DNA from: Azolla caroliniana
Lineage: Eukaryota; Plantae; Polypodiophyta
Direction: 5' to 3'
NCBI GenBank assembly: GCA_043228905.1
Contig: JBHGNT010000029.1
Span: forward strand, 310,001 to 374,000
Length of the DNA stretch: 64,000 bases
Shown: one piece after another, positions 36,464 to 48,900 of the stretch
How positions within the stretch are numbered: position 1 is the first letter of the stretch
Layout of the letters: the number at the start of each line of letters is the position of its first letter
Translations under genes and position numbers: made by a program
Notes under the pieces: generated by a model
Databases searched by the model: none
Told to the model about the DNA's origin: nothing
Seen by the model: the letters and a program-made list of their open reading frames with translations, nothing else

Positions 36464-36864
36464 CTATCATCCGATTATAAGAAGAAGTTAAGAAGAAGAG
36501 CTAAAAATCCATAAAAGTGACTTTCATAGCTCAGTCACAAAACAATTGTCCCCTTTCACATCATTGGGGTTACCTTTAGGCGCTAGAACAACTATTTTGT
36601 GATGTTCCTTTTTCTCTTGGTCTACATGGTCTTTAGTATCAATACCAATGTCTTCATGGTTCATGATATGTACAACATGTACTTAACAAATGCACTTCCC
36701 TTGAAGGCCTCGATTGTTAAGTTCAACAACACGAATATGGCCCTAACACGAGAACTTCAAGATAAAGGCTAAACACAAAGAAGTCCTAGCTGCTTTGTAC
36801 ATGATGCAATACACTTGAAGCTAACCTCAAGGCAACACAAGGAGAGAGAGGGAGAGAGAGAGAG

Positions 36865-37243
36865 ATTATATTATCGTCTTCGAAGGTCAAATATGACCAA
36901 TGAGACCAAAAATATTACATTTCACGAGATACGTGTGAAAGTGAGTAGTGACTCTCGATGTGCAAAAACTTTACCAATGAATGTTGCAATCAGAGTGCAC
37001 ATTGTGGTTGTGAGAGGAATTCATGCAAGGATTGGGCTCGGTCGAAGAGATGTGGAAAGCATGGTCGAATATGATCAAAGGCAGAGCATTGTATCAAAGT
37101 GTGATACTCAAACTCACGAACTTGTTTAAGGCAAAGTGTGCATAGCTGACCACTCTCATCACTTGTGCCCCAATGCCCTGTCTCACATCGCAATGCATGT
37201 GAGCTAAGTCGCATGGAAGCAATAGTTTGAATGGCAGATAACG

Positions 37244-37246
<3 letters not shown>
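36865..37246 (-). mobile_element. LINE 3'-end fragment flanked by (GA)n
   Basis: MRLSSHALRCETGHW..LCTLC..EFEYHTLIQCSAFDHIR is a LINE C-terminal motif. (GA)n-type tracts lie at 36841-36864 and 37249-37279. Confidence 0.7.
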
Positions 37247-37284
<38 letters not shown>

Positions 37285-38287
37285 GAAAGTCGTGGTAGCT
37301 ATGGAAGAACATAAAATTATCAAACTCCATGCAAACTAGATTATCATAGCAATTTTAGTTGCATAATATTTGCAATTTTCTAGATCCCTTGTGAGAGAAA
37401 CTCCCTTTTGGGCTTCAAGGGTTTAGATAGGCTCCTTTGCGTCAAATTTCAAAGAAGTGATCTCAAGTGGTGGGTTAGTGAGTGACTCACCCATGCCTTT
37501 ACAATAGAACTTGTTTGAATGTTCCAAGAAAGCATGGGCTTGTTCTCTTGAGAAGACCCTTCATGGGGTTTTCTCTGACATTGAGCCTTTGTGAAGAAAC
37601 AAATTCTTCGTTGGGGATTTACGGAATTCCGATTCATCATGTCTCCTTTGACATATCCAACACCTCAAATTAGGAAAATTGAATGAATTAAGATTAACCT
37701 AAGACCAAATAGTTTCAACATTGGCCATACATTTATTTGATTATCAGAATTAGGAACCCACACTATGACACATACAAAATTATAAAAGATGACTAGATAA
37801 AATTTCTAAACAATTCATATAAGAGACCCAACCGAGAATCGGTGTTTCAAATCCACAAGATGTCACGACAATGGTGTATGCAATGGAGGAATGTGCCAAA
37901 TTTTCGAATTTATAATGTTAAGGTTATGGACAAAGAAGCAAGTGAAAGAGGTCTAGAAGAGATACAAATTAAACCATCTGCAAAGATGCTCTTAACAACT
38001 TCCAACCTTTTCAGAGGCATATTGGGCACTTCCTCTTTCACCACAGATGATGTCACCTACATTTGCATATTTGCAGGTACCGATACCTAGAACTCAAATA
38101 CACATTAATTTATAAAGATATTAACTGCAACTGGCATCAATCTTTGTGGAAAATACACACCTACACGATGGGATTTACGTACAATACCAGAATCCACTGT
38201 TACCTTGTGGAGTGGCTTTGTACACCAGGTTTTTACATTTCTTTCAACTCATGTTTGTACAATCATGAAATCCATTACAATAAAAAG

Positions 38288-41200
38288 CTAGTGAATATCC
38301 GAAAGCATGGATTGTTTTTCTCCCAAATACTTCGGTTCATAATGATTCATTTTGCTTTCTTCGGCTTCAAGTTGCTCCACATCTTTAGTGATGCTGATAT
38401 ATCCTCCATTCACATCAAGGAATCCAATCTTTCCAGGTATCATTATTGCTTCATCCATTTCTTCTTCTTGAACTCGAGCTTTATCCCTGTCTTTGGGATA
38501 AGTCCAGTAAAGGATGGTATACAAAAGACTGCAGATGGCAAAGGGGATCCCAAATGCAACATATAAAGCTTTGCCCAAGGCTGTTGCATTATGTTTATCT
38601 GCGATTATATCAGCATCACCTCCATGAGATGATACAACAACATAGCCAAAGACCCTTTCAGCAAGAATACCAACAAGCGGAGGGGCAAACGATGCCAGAA
38701 CTGACTCCAATGATCGGTCTAGGGCATAGATGCTTGTTCGCATTCTCTCAGGTACAATTTCAGCAAATATAGGACTGCACAATCATCACATGTTACCAGA
38801 CCAATCTTTTCTAGTATGTTAATCAGATCAGTTGTTCACTCTGTAGAATGATTCAGTTGTTAGGATGTTCAATCCGATAAGGCAGTATTACTACCTTATC
38901 GGATTGAACATACTAGATTAGTATGTTATCTAAATAATTCCTTCCTAGTATGTTCAATCTGATAAGTCGTTGCACAGCAAAAAATTTGGTTGTTTACATC
39001 TAGTAATTCCCTGCATCTATCTATACATTTACTACCGAGCTACTTATCTATACATATTCTGAGCCTCCTTTGAACTTGTCATATTACGATCTTCGGGTTA
39101 CCATACGTATATGCATTAATCTCAGGTGTCTGGTAGGCTTGAGCGATGATAATAGTTCCTATTTATGCCACGTGGAGAAAGCAGGATATCATACTCATTG
39201 GCCATCACAGATCAAGACTCAAATGCATCACTCCACCAATTGTTACTCCTGATCACTCTGCACAGCATGTGTCCATTAGCCCTCTCGGAATGTTATTTCC
39301 AGAGACTATACTGATTTTTGGGTTCCTTTATTTAGGCTTTTGTTGTACTATTTAAGAGTTAATCATCACTTTCAAGTTAGTTCTAGTTACTGTGTACAGT
39401 TTAAACCTGGTTTAAGTCCTAACCTTGGTTAGTTATACAAACAAATGCAGAATAAATATTTCTAGTCCTAACCTATAATAGAGGTTCATTTCCATGTTAT
39501 TACACCCAACAGCAGGTAGATACCTCCTGCAGCCTATGAGGGAGTTCCAATGACCAAATATAAATCTAATCACTGGTGATTGGTATTTCATGCTACAAAT
39601 CAAGTTTAGTGAAAGCCACAGCCCCATATTAAAACTCCTCATGAAGACAAGATCTCATCAACACATTGAGATGGACAGCATGTAGAATGTATTATGCATA
39701 TAGTGTCTAACTCAATAAAATGCAAGAAATATTGCCATGCCAAGCATTGAATGTTCAAACTTATTACAGAGCCCGAGATTGGCATGGTATAATCATAACT
39801 GGCACAAGACTAAAGGGTCATCGAGGATAATTCATGTTTTGAGTAGAGAGGGATATTTGAATGTCTATAGAATAAAAGGTCATTGAGGATAATTCATGTG
39901 TTAAGTAGCGGAATATTTGAATATGTATAGACATCAAGTAGATAATACATTTTAACCCCTAGAACGACCACAATCTTGTGTAATCCTCATAAATGCAAGA
40001 CAATAGATCCGCCATAAGATACTAATACTCTCATACAAAGATCAATTGGGAAATTGAGGGAATAAATATTTCCCCCAAAACATTTCCCTGGTCCATCTAT
40101 TTCTTCAGTTTTGGTATTTTTCTTTGTCAACGTCAACTTTAATCATATCCGTTATCTTGGTATAGTCTAACCATCACCTCTACAAAACTACTTGAATAGT
40201 AGACACTAAAATAAGTCTCTTCACAGCCTATCTTTGAAACTGATTGAGTATATGGAGAGTGATAGCTTATGAGGGTGATGATCTTTAACTTTTAAACTTG
40301 CATATTCACAAGGGAAGGACTATATGTGCATCTTATACTCCACATGAGGATGTATTTCTTTTTTCTTCTTGTTATTTGTGACTTTATTCAAGAGTTTCCA
40401 ACTATTCAGTTTATTCAGATATATATGTCTTAAATAAGCACTTGGGTACACATGCACACTACATCTACATCGAGGAATAGATGTTTCCTTATGGAATAGA
40501 AATAGAACATTCACAAGTCCGTCCAAAGAGTTCCATCAAAAACATAAGACTGCTGCCATTGCTTCTATTTATATTCATGATTTGAATAAGATTGTAACGA
40601 AATAAATAAATAAAACTTACTTGTTTGTGGCAGTTCCACACCATGACATCAAAAAACCCATGGTAAAAAAGACTGTCCCGTGTATAAAACCAGTGGATGG
40701 ATCATACGGTAAAAACAGTAACGTGATGGCCCCAAATGGAACTCCGATGCCTGAGCTGAACTGTGCCAAAATTATTCTTCCGGTATTTGGCAAATGCCTT
40801 GCAAAAATATCACCTAACCAGCCCCCAAATAATCCACCCAAGGAAGCAGAGACCATAAAAGAACCTATAATTGTAGCTGTTACGTTGTGTGAGAACCCAG
40901 TTAACTCAAGCCACATAGGAGCAAATGATAAAGCTGCCCACGGGAAGGTTCCTGCAATGCCTTGTGCAACAATAGCTAAAAACGTTGGTATTTTCATGAC
41001 GAATTTTGCATCATTAAAAGTTTCCTGAAGTGCAGAAGTATGTCTTCCTTCAGCCAATCTGCAGTAGAAGAGGATTTAAGAATCAAAATTTACACAACCT
41101 AATCTACCTTTTATTCAATTTTCTGAGAAGCAAGAACTGAAACTTGGTTATTTAGTGCAATATGGGTTCAATTTTAAATGCATCAAGTTGTTAACAGCCT

Positions 41201-43071
41201 GGCTATGACTGTTTTCTCTTTCAGCATGACAGGTTTTTTCTTTTGAATAAGTTGTGAAAATGCCTAGGGCCTGACAAATACGGCATTACTTCCCATTTGT
41301 AGGCATCAAACATTCGAAGGGCTACTAGGCTTTGGTCAACCTATTCTGTTCCAGCAAGCCTGTGATGATGTTCTTGCAGGTTTCCATGCCTAGATCCTTC
41401 TAGCTCTCAAAGAAATAGAGAAGGCTCCACCCTCCATGATTGTAACATCTTCACCTATCAAAGATATTTTCAGAGGGTCATATGAGTTTTATCTGTATCT
41501 GGTGGGTTTTTCCCAGTCCATTGCGTCCATTTCTATCTTCTTTTTTTGTATTTCTTATGGGTCAGTCTCATGGTGTGAGCAACATTCGTATTTAGGGATT
41601 TCTATCGAGGTCCAAGTAATGTACTCTAGGCCTTGGTTGGGGAGTACATGATAGAGATGACATCTAAAAGAGTTGTGTGAGTATATGGAGACCCATGGTC
41701 GACTTCCCTTCACCTGAGCTATGCTAAAGGAAAGCCATATTTTATGCACTGCCAGACAACGCAAGTTTTTAGGTACCCATGTCTCAAAAATCATGGACAA
41801 CCTCCCTTAGTCAGGGGTTTGTAGGCATGCATAGGTACATGTGGGCGTATGTGTGGGTGGGTGGGTGTGCTTCGGAACATACTTGGCACCATCTTTGAAT
41901 ATAGGATCCACTGCAAATCGACCAACTAGAAATGCTATTATAACACTCGTGATGCCAATAATGTGAAAAGCAGCACGCCACCCTGCCAAGCCGAGGACAG
42001 TGGTTCCAGCCAAAAGAACTGAGAAGACATTTCCAAAGACACCTCCCATGTTGGCTGTGAACTGGAGCCATCCAAAAGCAACACCACGTCTCTCAGGATC
42101 TGCGGCATCAGCAACCAAGGATTGAATGGCAGGAATGACCATGGCTAGGCCAATACCATTGAGAGCCCGGGATATGGCTACCTTCATGTGCCAGAAACAA
42201 TACAGACAGCTTCAGAATCAAAGACAAACGAAAGAAGTTGATTTGGAAATAATTAGCCAAAAAAATTTAATATAAGATGAGTCTAATGTGTAAAAAGCTA
42301 AGCAGTGTGAGGATCAAAACAGACGAAAGACAGAACCCGAATTAAAGAATGAAATCAAAAGATGACTCTAATGCTCAAAATGTATTATGCAAAACGAAAT
42401 GAGCACCTGAGCATCAAACTGAATCCAAAGAAAGAAATGGAACTGGAAACGAAAACTGAAAAAAACAAGATCTTGATGTGTAACAGACAAAACACACGGA
42501 GTTAGAGCATCAAAGTAACAAGGTGATTCTGATGTAAGAAGGAAAGAAAAACAGGTTGAGCGTTAAAGGTCAAGGTGGATGATTTGAAGAGAAAAAACCA
42601 AAAAGCGGATAACATACATATTTAAAGACAGACGATCCTAAGGTGCCCAAAATATAAATAAGTAAGTTTAACAAAAAAAACCAAAGCAGTTGAGGATCAA
42701 TGTGGATGATCCAAAAGAGAAAGAAAACAGAATTGAGTACAAAAATAAATGGTGAGAGAAGAAGCGTTTACCTCTAGGAAAGTGGTGGAGGCACCGACAC
42801 AGAAGGTTGCAGATGCCCAGAGGAGGGCACCAAAGGCAATAACGTGGGCACGGTTGTGGCGGGAAGACATATATGCAGCCAATGGGAAACAGAGCATCTG
42901 AACAGTGGAGCGAAGCAGAGTAAGGCTTCCGAGGCGTGTGGGTGACACATGAAGACTCAACCCGATCTCTCTGTAAGAAGCAGGCAGCAGAGCCTCATCC
43001 GCCCTCTCCATGATACCCGCAAGGTTCACCAACACCAACGTTACCACGACCTCCCGCCTGTGTGGATCCAT
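38288..43071 (-). CDS. Major facilitator superfamily transporter (spinster/UNE2-like plant family), 4 exons
   Basis: Exons 43071-42772, 42181-41883, 41058-40621 and 38774-38288, all GT-AG and in frame. Motifs LVNLAGIMERADEALLP, AISRALNGIGLA, IQSLVAD, GTFPWAALSF, ATNNPIFAEIVP and IYALDRSLES. Confidence 0.93.
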
Positions 43072-43724
43072 TCTCACACCAGGCGTTCTCTTCACAAATG
43101 ATTTACATGAAATAAACAGTATTATCAGTCAGTGGTGAGGAGACAATTGGGGTGGCTTTGTATTTCTCTCTGTCGATGGATGGATGGATGGATGGATATA
43201 GATCCAACAACTCATCTGCTACTGCTACTATTGTTAGCACAGACAATGAATGAATATGTCAAACGAGACAGAGACAGAGACAGAGACAGAGACCGAGAGA
43301 GGTGTGGAGTGTGAAGAGGAGCATAATCCTCTGCACAATCCACAGAAGTAAGTTTTGACGTCGTTCTTCCTCATATTTCGTCGTTTTTTGACATGGAAAG
43401 TAAACCATTTCAACTACATACTACTACTAATAGGATGTACATAAGGCGGCCAGATATATGTTTTAGTGCCAGTTTATTTATCACATTTCACGCTCAATGC
43501 AGGTGCAAAACACTAGCAAACTCTTCAATCTATACCCCCAAACCTTACTCGTGCTAAAGGTTTAGCGATTATTTATTTATACACACACTCACTAATCCCA
43601 AGTGACTCGAAACCTTAATCGTGTTAAAGTGACTCGTCCCAAGTCACTTTAAGTGGACGGAGAATCCCTCATCTAATTTGACGCGTTCGTCTGATTTCGA
43701 TCAAGGGGGATATAAATAATTGCA

Positions 43725-44197
43725 ATATACTAGTTGTGGGTATGTTTATACCCTAGTGGGTGGAGAAATTGCTTGGGGGTCCAAGAAAACAAACAACAAT
43801 TGCATTGCTATTGGTTGAAGCTGACTATGTCATAGTTGCATTAGCCGCAAAAGGAGGAATTTGGATTAAAGCAATACTCAAAGAATTAAAAATATTCGAA
43901 GTGCTAATATTGGAGTTAAATTGCAATAATCAATCTTGTATAAACCTAGCGCAAAATCCAAATATGAGCGACAATATTCGACATGTCTCCTATAAGCATC
44001 TTTTTTTACGAGGCTTAATTGAAGATACAATGGTAGAATTAAAGTTCGTGCCATCGGCATCGATATGGGCCGATTTTCTTACAAATCCAATAACAAGTCA
44101 AACGCACATCTCATGTTGCAAGAAGGTAAAGTTTCTAAATTCTTCGAAAATTGAAGAAAAGTACATGATGTTTTGATTATTTCATTAGGGTGGAGCA
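43725..44197 (+). mobile_element. Copia RNase H fragment with PPT
   Basis: KQTTIAL..EADY..CNNQSCINLAQNP..RHVSYKHLFLR..ADFLTNP, followed by AGGGTGGAG. Confidence 0.7.
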
Positions 44198-45919
44198 TTG
44201 AAATACATAGATAATAAACAATAAACAAATAAACAAATAGTTATTAACATTAAAATATATGGTGCCAAAGACACTTGAAGAGATCTGTCTCATCGGAAAG
44301 ACAAAGCTGGCAACTACTAGTAGTCTCGTTGCATCATTGTACATTTGTTGAATTCAATGGACTCAGCACACTAAGTTTATAGAAAATTTGTCATATATTT
44401 TATTCTTATTCTTCTACATTCACACCTAACCAACCGTAGTAAACACTACTTCTGAGAAATCAAACCTGTTTTACTAAGAGGTTCAATGTCATAGCTAAGT
44501 ACTTCTCATCATCATCAAGTACTAGGGAGGTGGTTTTGGTATGTTACCTATGGTTTTTTATGGTAATGAAAATCATGGTAGAGCACATCGAGGCAAGTTG
44601 TTTTCTATCACACAATTAAAATAGAGAGGGAGATGACCCCCTTCACAAATACATTTTTTGCAATTCCCAAAAATTCTTGGTTAGAAAAATAAAGTTGACC
44701 CAACTAGGTTAGAGTGATCATAGTGGATCAAGGTAAATAAGTGGAGATAGAGTGACCCAATCAGGTTGAATTACCCAATTATGTTTGAAGACCAAGCTTG
44801 ACCCAATCGAGTTAGAGTGACCCAATCAAATCCGATCCCAATTATTATATTAATGACCCAATCTAGCCATATCATGATCCACTTAGATGAGAGCCCATTA
44901 TTCATATTAACTAGGAGGTTCCAATTTAGTCACCCAATGATACAATAGGGCACAAATATACTACATCTATTTTACATCAAGACAAAACATATTACACTAC
45001 CACTACCTAGTTGAAATTTCCACACAAATAACTTTTTCATAGAACATAGTTTGTGTAAGAAATATGTATGGCTTCTCCAAATTAGTGGTTTGATAGTCTC
45101 AACGTTCTAAGTATCCCAACTATATATCTTGAAATCCAACGTAGCACAAAGATAGACAACCAAAGCCCACATAATGTCGTGATCACACAACTTTCCTTGA
45201 TGCTTGTTCTTTAGTGATGGCCATTGAAGATTCTATTCTAGGTCTGTAAATACTAGTTGTGAACACCACTAGTCCAAGATGGTTGTTACCACAAACTCAC
45301 TCATGAATAAAGTAACACAAAAAATATAGTTCTCAATGGGGTATGTTATAGAAGGAAACTCCATTCCCTTACCTGTGAAGGTTATCATACATGTATTGGA
45401 ATATCCCCACCACAACCAACATAAACCACAATGTTTTCACTGGTGGAAAGCCTTCATCCTTAATCACAAGACAGTTGTTGGAAGTTCCCAACTACGAATT
45501 TTTACCATGCATAATTAGTCGAGCATCTGAACTCATCTCTTTGAGCCCCTAAGGCTACAATTACCGTTGTCACAAAGTTAGTGCATATTAGGTGTGCTAC
45601 TTGTCAAGCGGTTTGAGGTCGAGCACACACCCGCAAACAGTCTACCGAATGTGTTTGGGTGGGGGTGGAGCCAAGAAAGAGGGAGAGAGAATATGAGAGG
45701 GAAAAATGAGACATGAGGGGTAACTCTCTACTATCCTTGTTCTATTTCACACCCCATGGGTGGGGTTTATGTAGTACGAAATATGATCGTTACATATTTG
45801 TACACATGCACACAAATGTGAATGTGTACATACACACATCCTCACACTCACACATTACCCATTGCACCTTACACACCCACATTATATTTTTTCACCCTTA
45901 ACCCTCCCATATGGGTAAC

Positions 45920-48900
45920 TGTTACGGGCATGGCCATATAATATCCTGTGTTGAGAATTTACCGTAGTATTCTATACACGTGGATAAGTGTGAGGGTTAA
46001 ACGAGAGTGTAAAGAAGGGGAGGATTACTTTTAATCCTCGGGATTGAGACAACCCATTAGGCCAAGGGTGAACTTGCCTGGGGGCCTTGGGTATCATTAT
46101 AAATAAGAGGCCTAACTACCCTCATTTCATCATCTTTTGACTACGTCGAGACTCTGTTCTTGTGATGGGTCAACTCTTGTAGCGAGCGCGCCAGCACCAG
46201 GTACGACTCGACGCCACGATGGTAGTATGGGACGCCGATCGAGGCTCGAGTCCATTTGGATCCCTTCGCTTGGGGGCGGTCGGGTGGATCGGCACCCTCC
46301 TTCATGTGAGGTCGCTCCTATGACATACATATCCAACATCCCTCCCTCATTACATGGATACGATGCCACCATGAGATCATTCTTACGAGAGGCATTCGTA
46401 ATGACGTAACCATGTGATGGGCCACGTGGGCCTACTACGAAAAGAGGGCTCATTTGGCTTGACCATTAGGTTGCACTTTGGCGTATTCCATCATAATTAC
46501 GAGATTTGAGGTTAGGTAACGTACCAACAAAGTTTGTAGTAAATGAGGGGGAAATAAGGACTCTTGACATATATGTTTCTTTTAAAAAAACATATATGGG
46601 CAAATGCCTCACATATCTCTTATAATGCATGAAACATTAAACATTCAAAAAGAGCAACCTAATTGGTTAGCTCAAGTGTTTAATGCATTTATTCTCGAGG
46701 TCTCCAGTTCAAATATAACTAAGACCATACAACATTGTTGATACATATGACTATAACACATGTTTAGACTTGAGGTCTAAGTACACTTCGGGGGGTCCTT
46801 GCCCATGATATGTTTACATCACGATATGATGTTATGACTATTTGTCTGACCTTATCCTATTTCTTTGCCAGAAATAATCATTCAATGGCTCAAAATAATG
46901 ACCCGATGTCATTCGCTCAAGCGGAAAGAACTCAAGGAAATCCTCCTAAACAAATGTCCATTGACATTTATTTTTAACAAATAACCCAATACCTTAGTTT
47001 CACCGCTCAACAGATGACCGAACTTCAGCAATCTCAAAGTTCTCTCGAGGCACGTGTCATTAGTTTACAACGTGAGACTAATAGACCTGATGAGCGACGG
47101 GGTGAACCATCGTTTGTCGTTAAGCCATTTATGGGAGAGAAAAAGGAAAGAAATGAAGAAGCAATCTGCACGTGGCTGGGCCGATGGGAGTCTCATTTTG
47201 AGCTCTATCCCACGCCAGATAGTATGAAGATTGCATATGTCGGCCGAGAACTAGGGGGTAAGGCCGCCGCTTGGTGGCATGGGCTTCGAACTTTGGGGAA
47301 ATTGCCCAATACCAGGACAAATTTTGTCACAGTTTTTAAGGGCCAATTTCTACAACCTCCCTCTCGAACTGAGGTAGCTCAAGCTTTAATGAACCTCTCT
47401 AGCAGGAAATTTTCTTCGCTAGAAGACTATGTCCACCATGCTCGAACCCAAATCCAAAAATCGGGTGTAGAAGGGGACAATTGGTTGATAGCTTGTTTTG
47501 TCAATGGCATCCCCAATTCAGACTATCATTGGATAGTGCACGATAAGGATCTAAAATCCTTCGAAGAGGCCATTGAAATAGTTCTTCACTATCAACGCAC
47601 TTCGAAGAAGGACCACAACAAACCCAACGAAGCGCCTAGGACTAAGCAGTCGCAATTTGCTGGGAAATGCAAGACACCCAACGAATTCATGGATCACGAT
47701 TGTAAACGACAACATCCTTTTTGCATATTCTGCAAAAAGAAGGGTAATACAAAAGAGCACTGTCGAAAGCTCCAACGGAAAGAGCACGACAACAAAGCTA
47801 AAGCTGCAGACCATAAAGGTCGAATTCCTAAAGTCCTTCAGGTCTATACACATCATTTAAGTAATTGTCAATGTTCTTTCCCTCACTATGTATTGGGTCC
47901 CAATGATTTACTACGTGCAAACGGGTATATCAATGGATCTCCCGTACAATTTTTGTTTGATTCGGGAAGCTCACATAACTTTGTGAATGATCGTTTGATT
48001 TAGATATGGGGAATCCAACCCACCGTAAGTGATCACACCTATACGGTGCACTTGGCTGATGGAAGAGTACAATACATCAACGAGGCGATTCATTCATTAG
48101 GAATTTCTATTGATACTTATATATAGAGGAAGTAGACTTCCATGTAATACATCTTTGTACCACTGATGTAATACTGGGTTATCCCTGGTTCTATAATAAA
48201 AACTCTTCTTTATCTATTGATTGGGTTCATCATTCAATAACATTTGTACTGAATGATTGTACTCATTTTATTCAATGTGTTAAAAAAACAATCCCTCTCG
48301 ATTGTTTCCTCTCCATCAATATCCGAGTTGTCTTGTTCTACTCTATTTTATTGTGTACTTGATCTGAACATTCATGTTTACAATATCAATAATGTCTCGG
48401 TTCAATTAACATATTTTGAACAACAACAACTTGATGAAATCTTAAATGATTTTCGTGATGTTTTTCCGAGTGAACTACCAGATGGGTTACCTCCTAAACA
48501 TAATAAAGACCATTGTATAGATATTGTACCTAGCGTTGCACCAATAAGTATACCTCCTTATTGTTTAAGTCAATCCGAACAGGATGAGGTATCTAAGCAA
48601 CTCAAGGACTATTTACAAATGGATTATATATGTTATAGTAAATCTCCATGGGGTGCACCAGTTCTCTTGGTTAAAAAGAAAGAGGCCACATGGCATATGT
48701 GTATTAATTACCGACACTTGAATAAAGTGACGATCAAGAATTCGTATCCATTGCCCTGGGCTGATGATCTAATTGATTGTCTCCAAGGAGCTCGGTATTT
48801 TACGAAACTTGATCTCCGTACTGGCTACCATCAAATTCCTATAAGTGAGGACGATGTTCCTAAAACGACATTTCGTATGCGCTATGGCCATTATGAGTTT

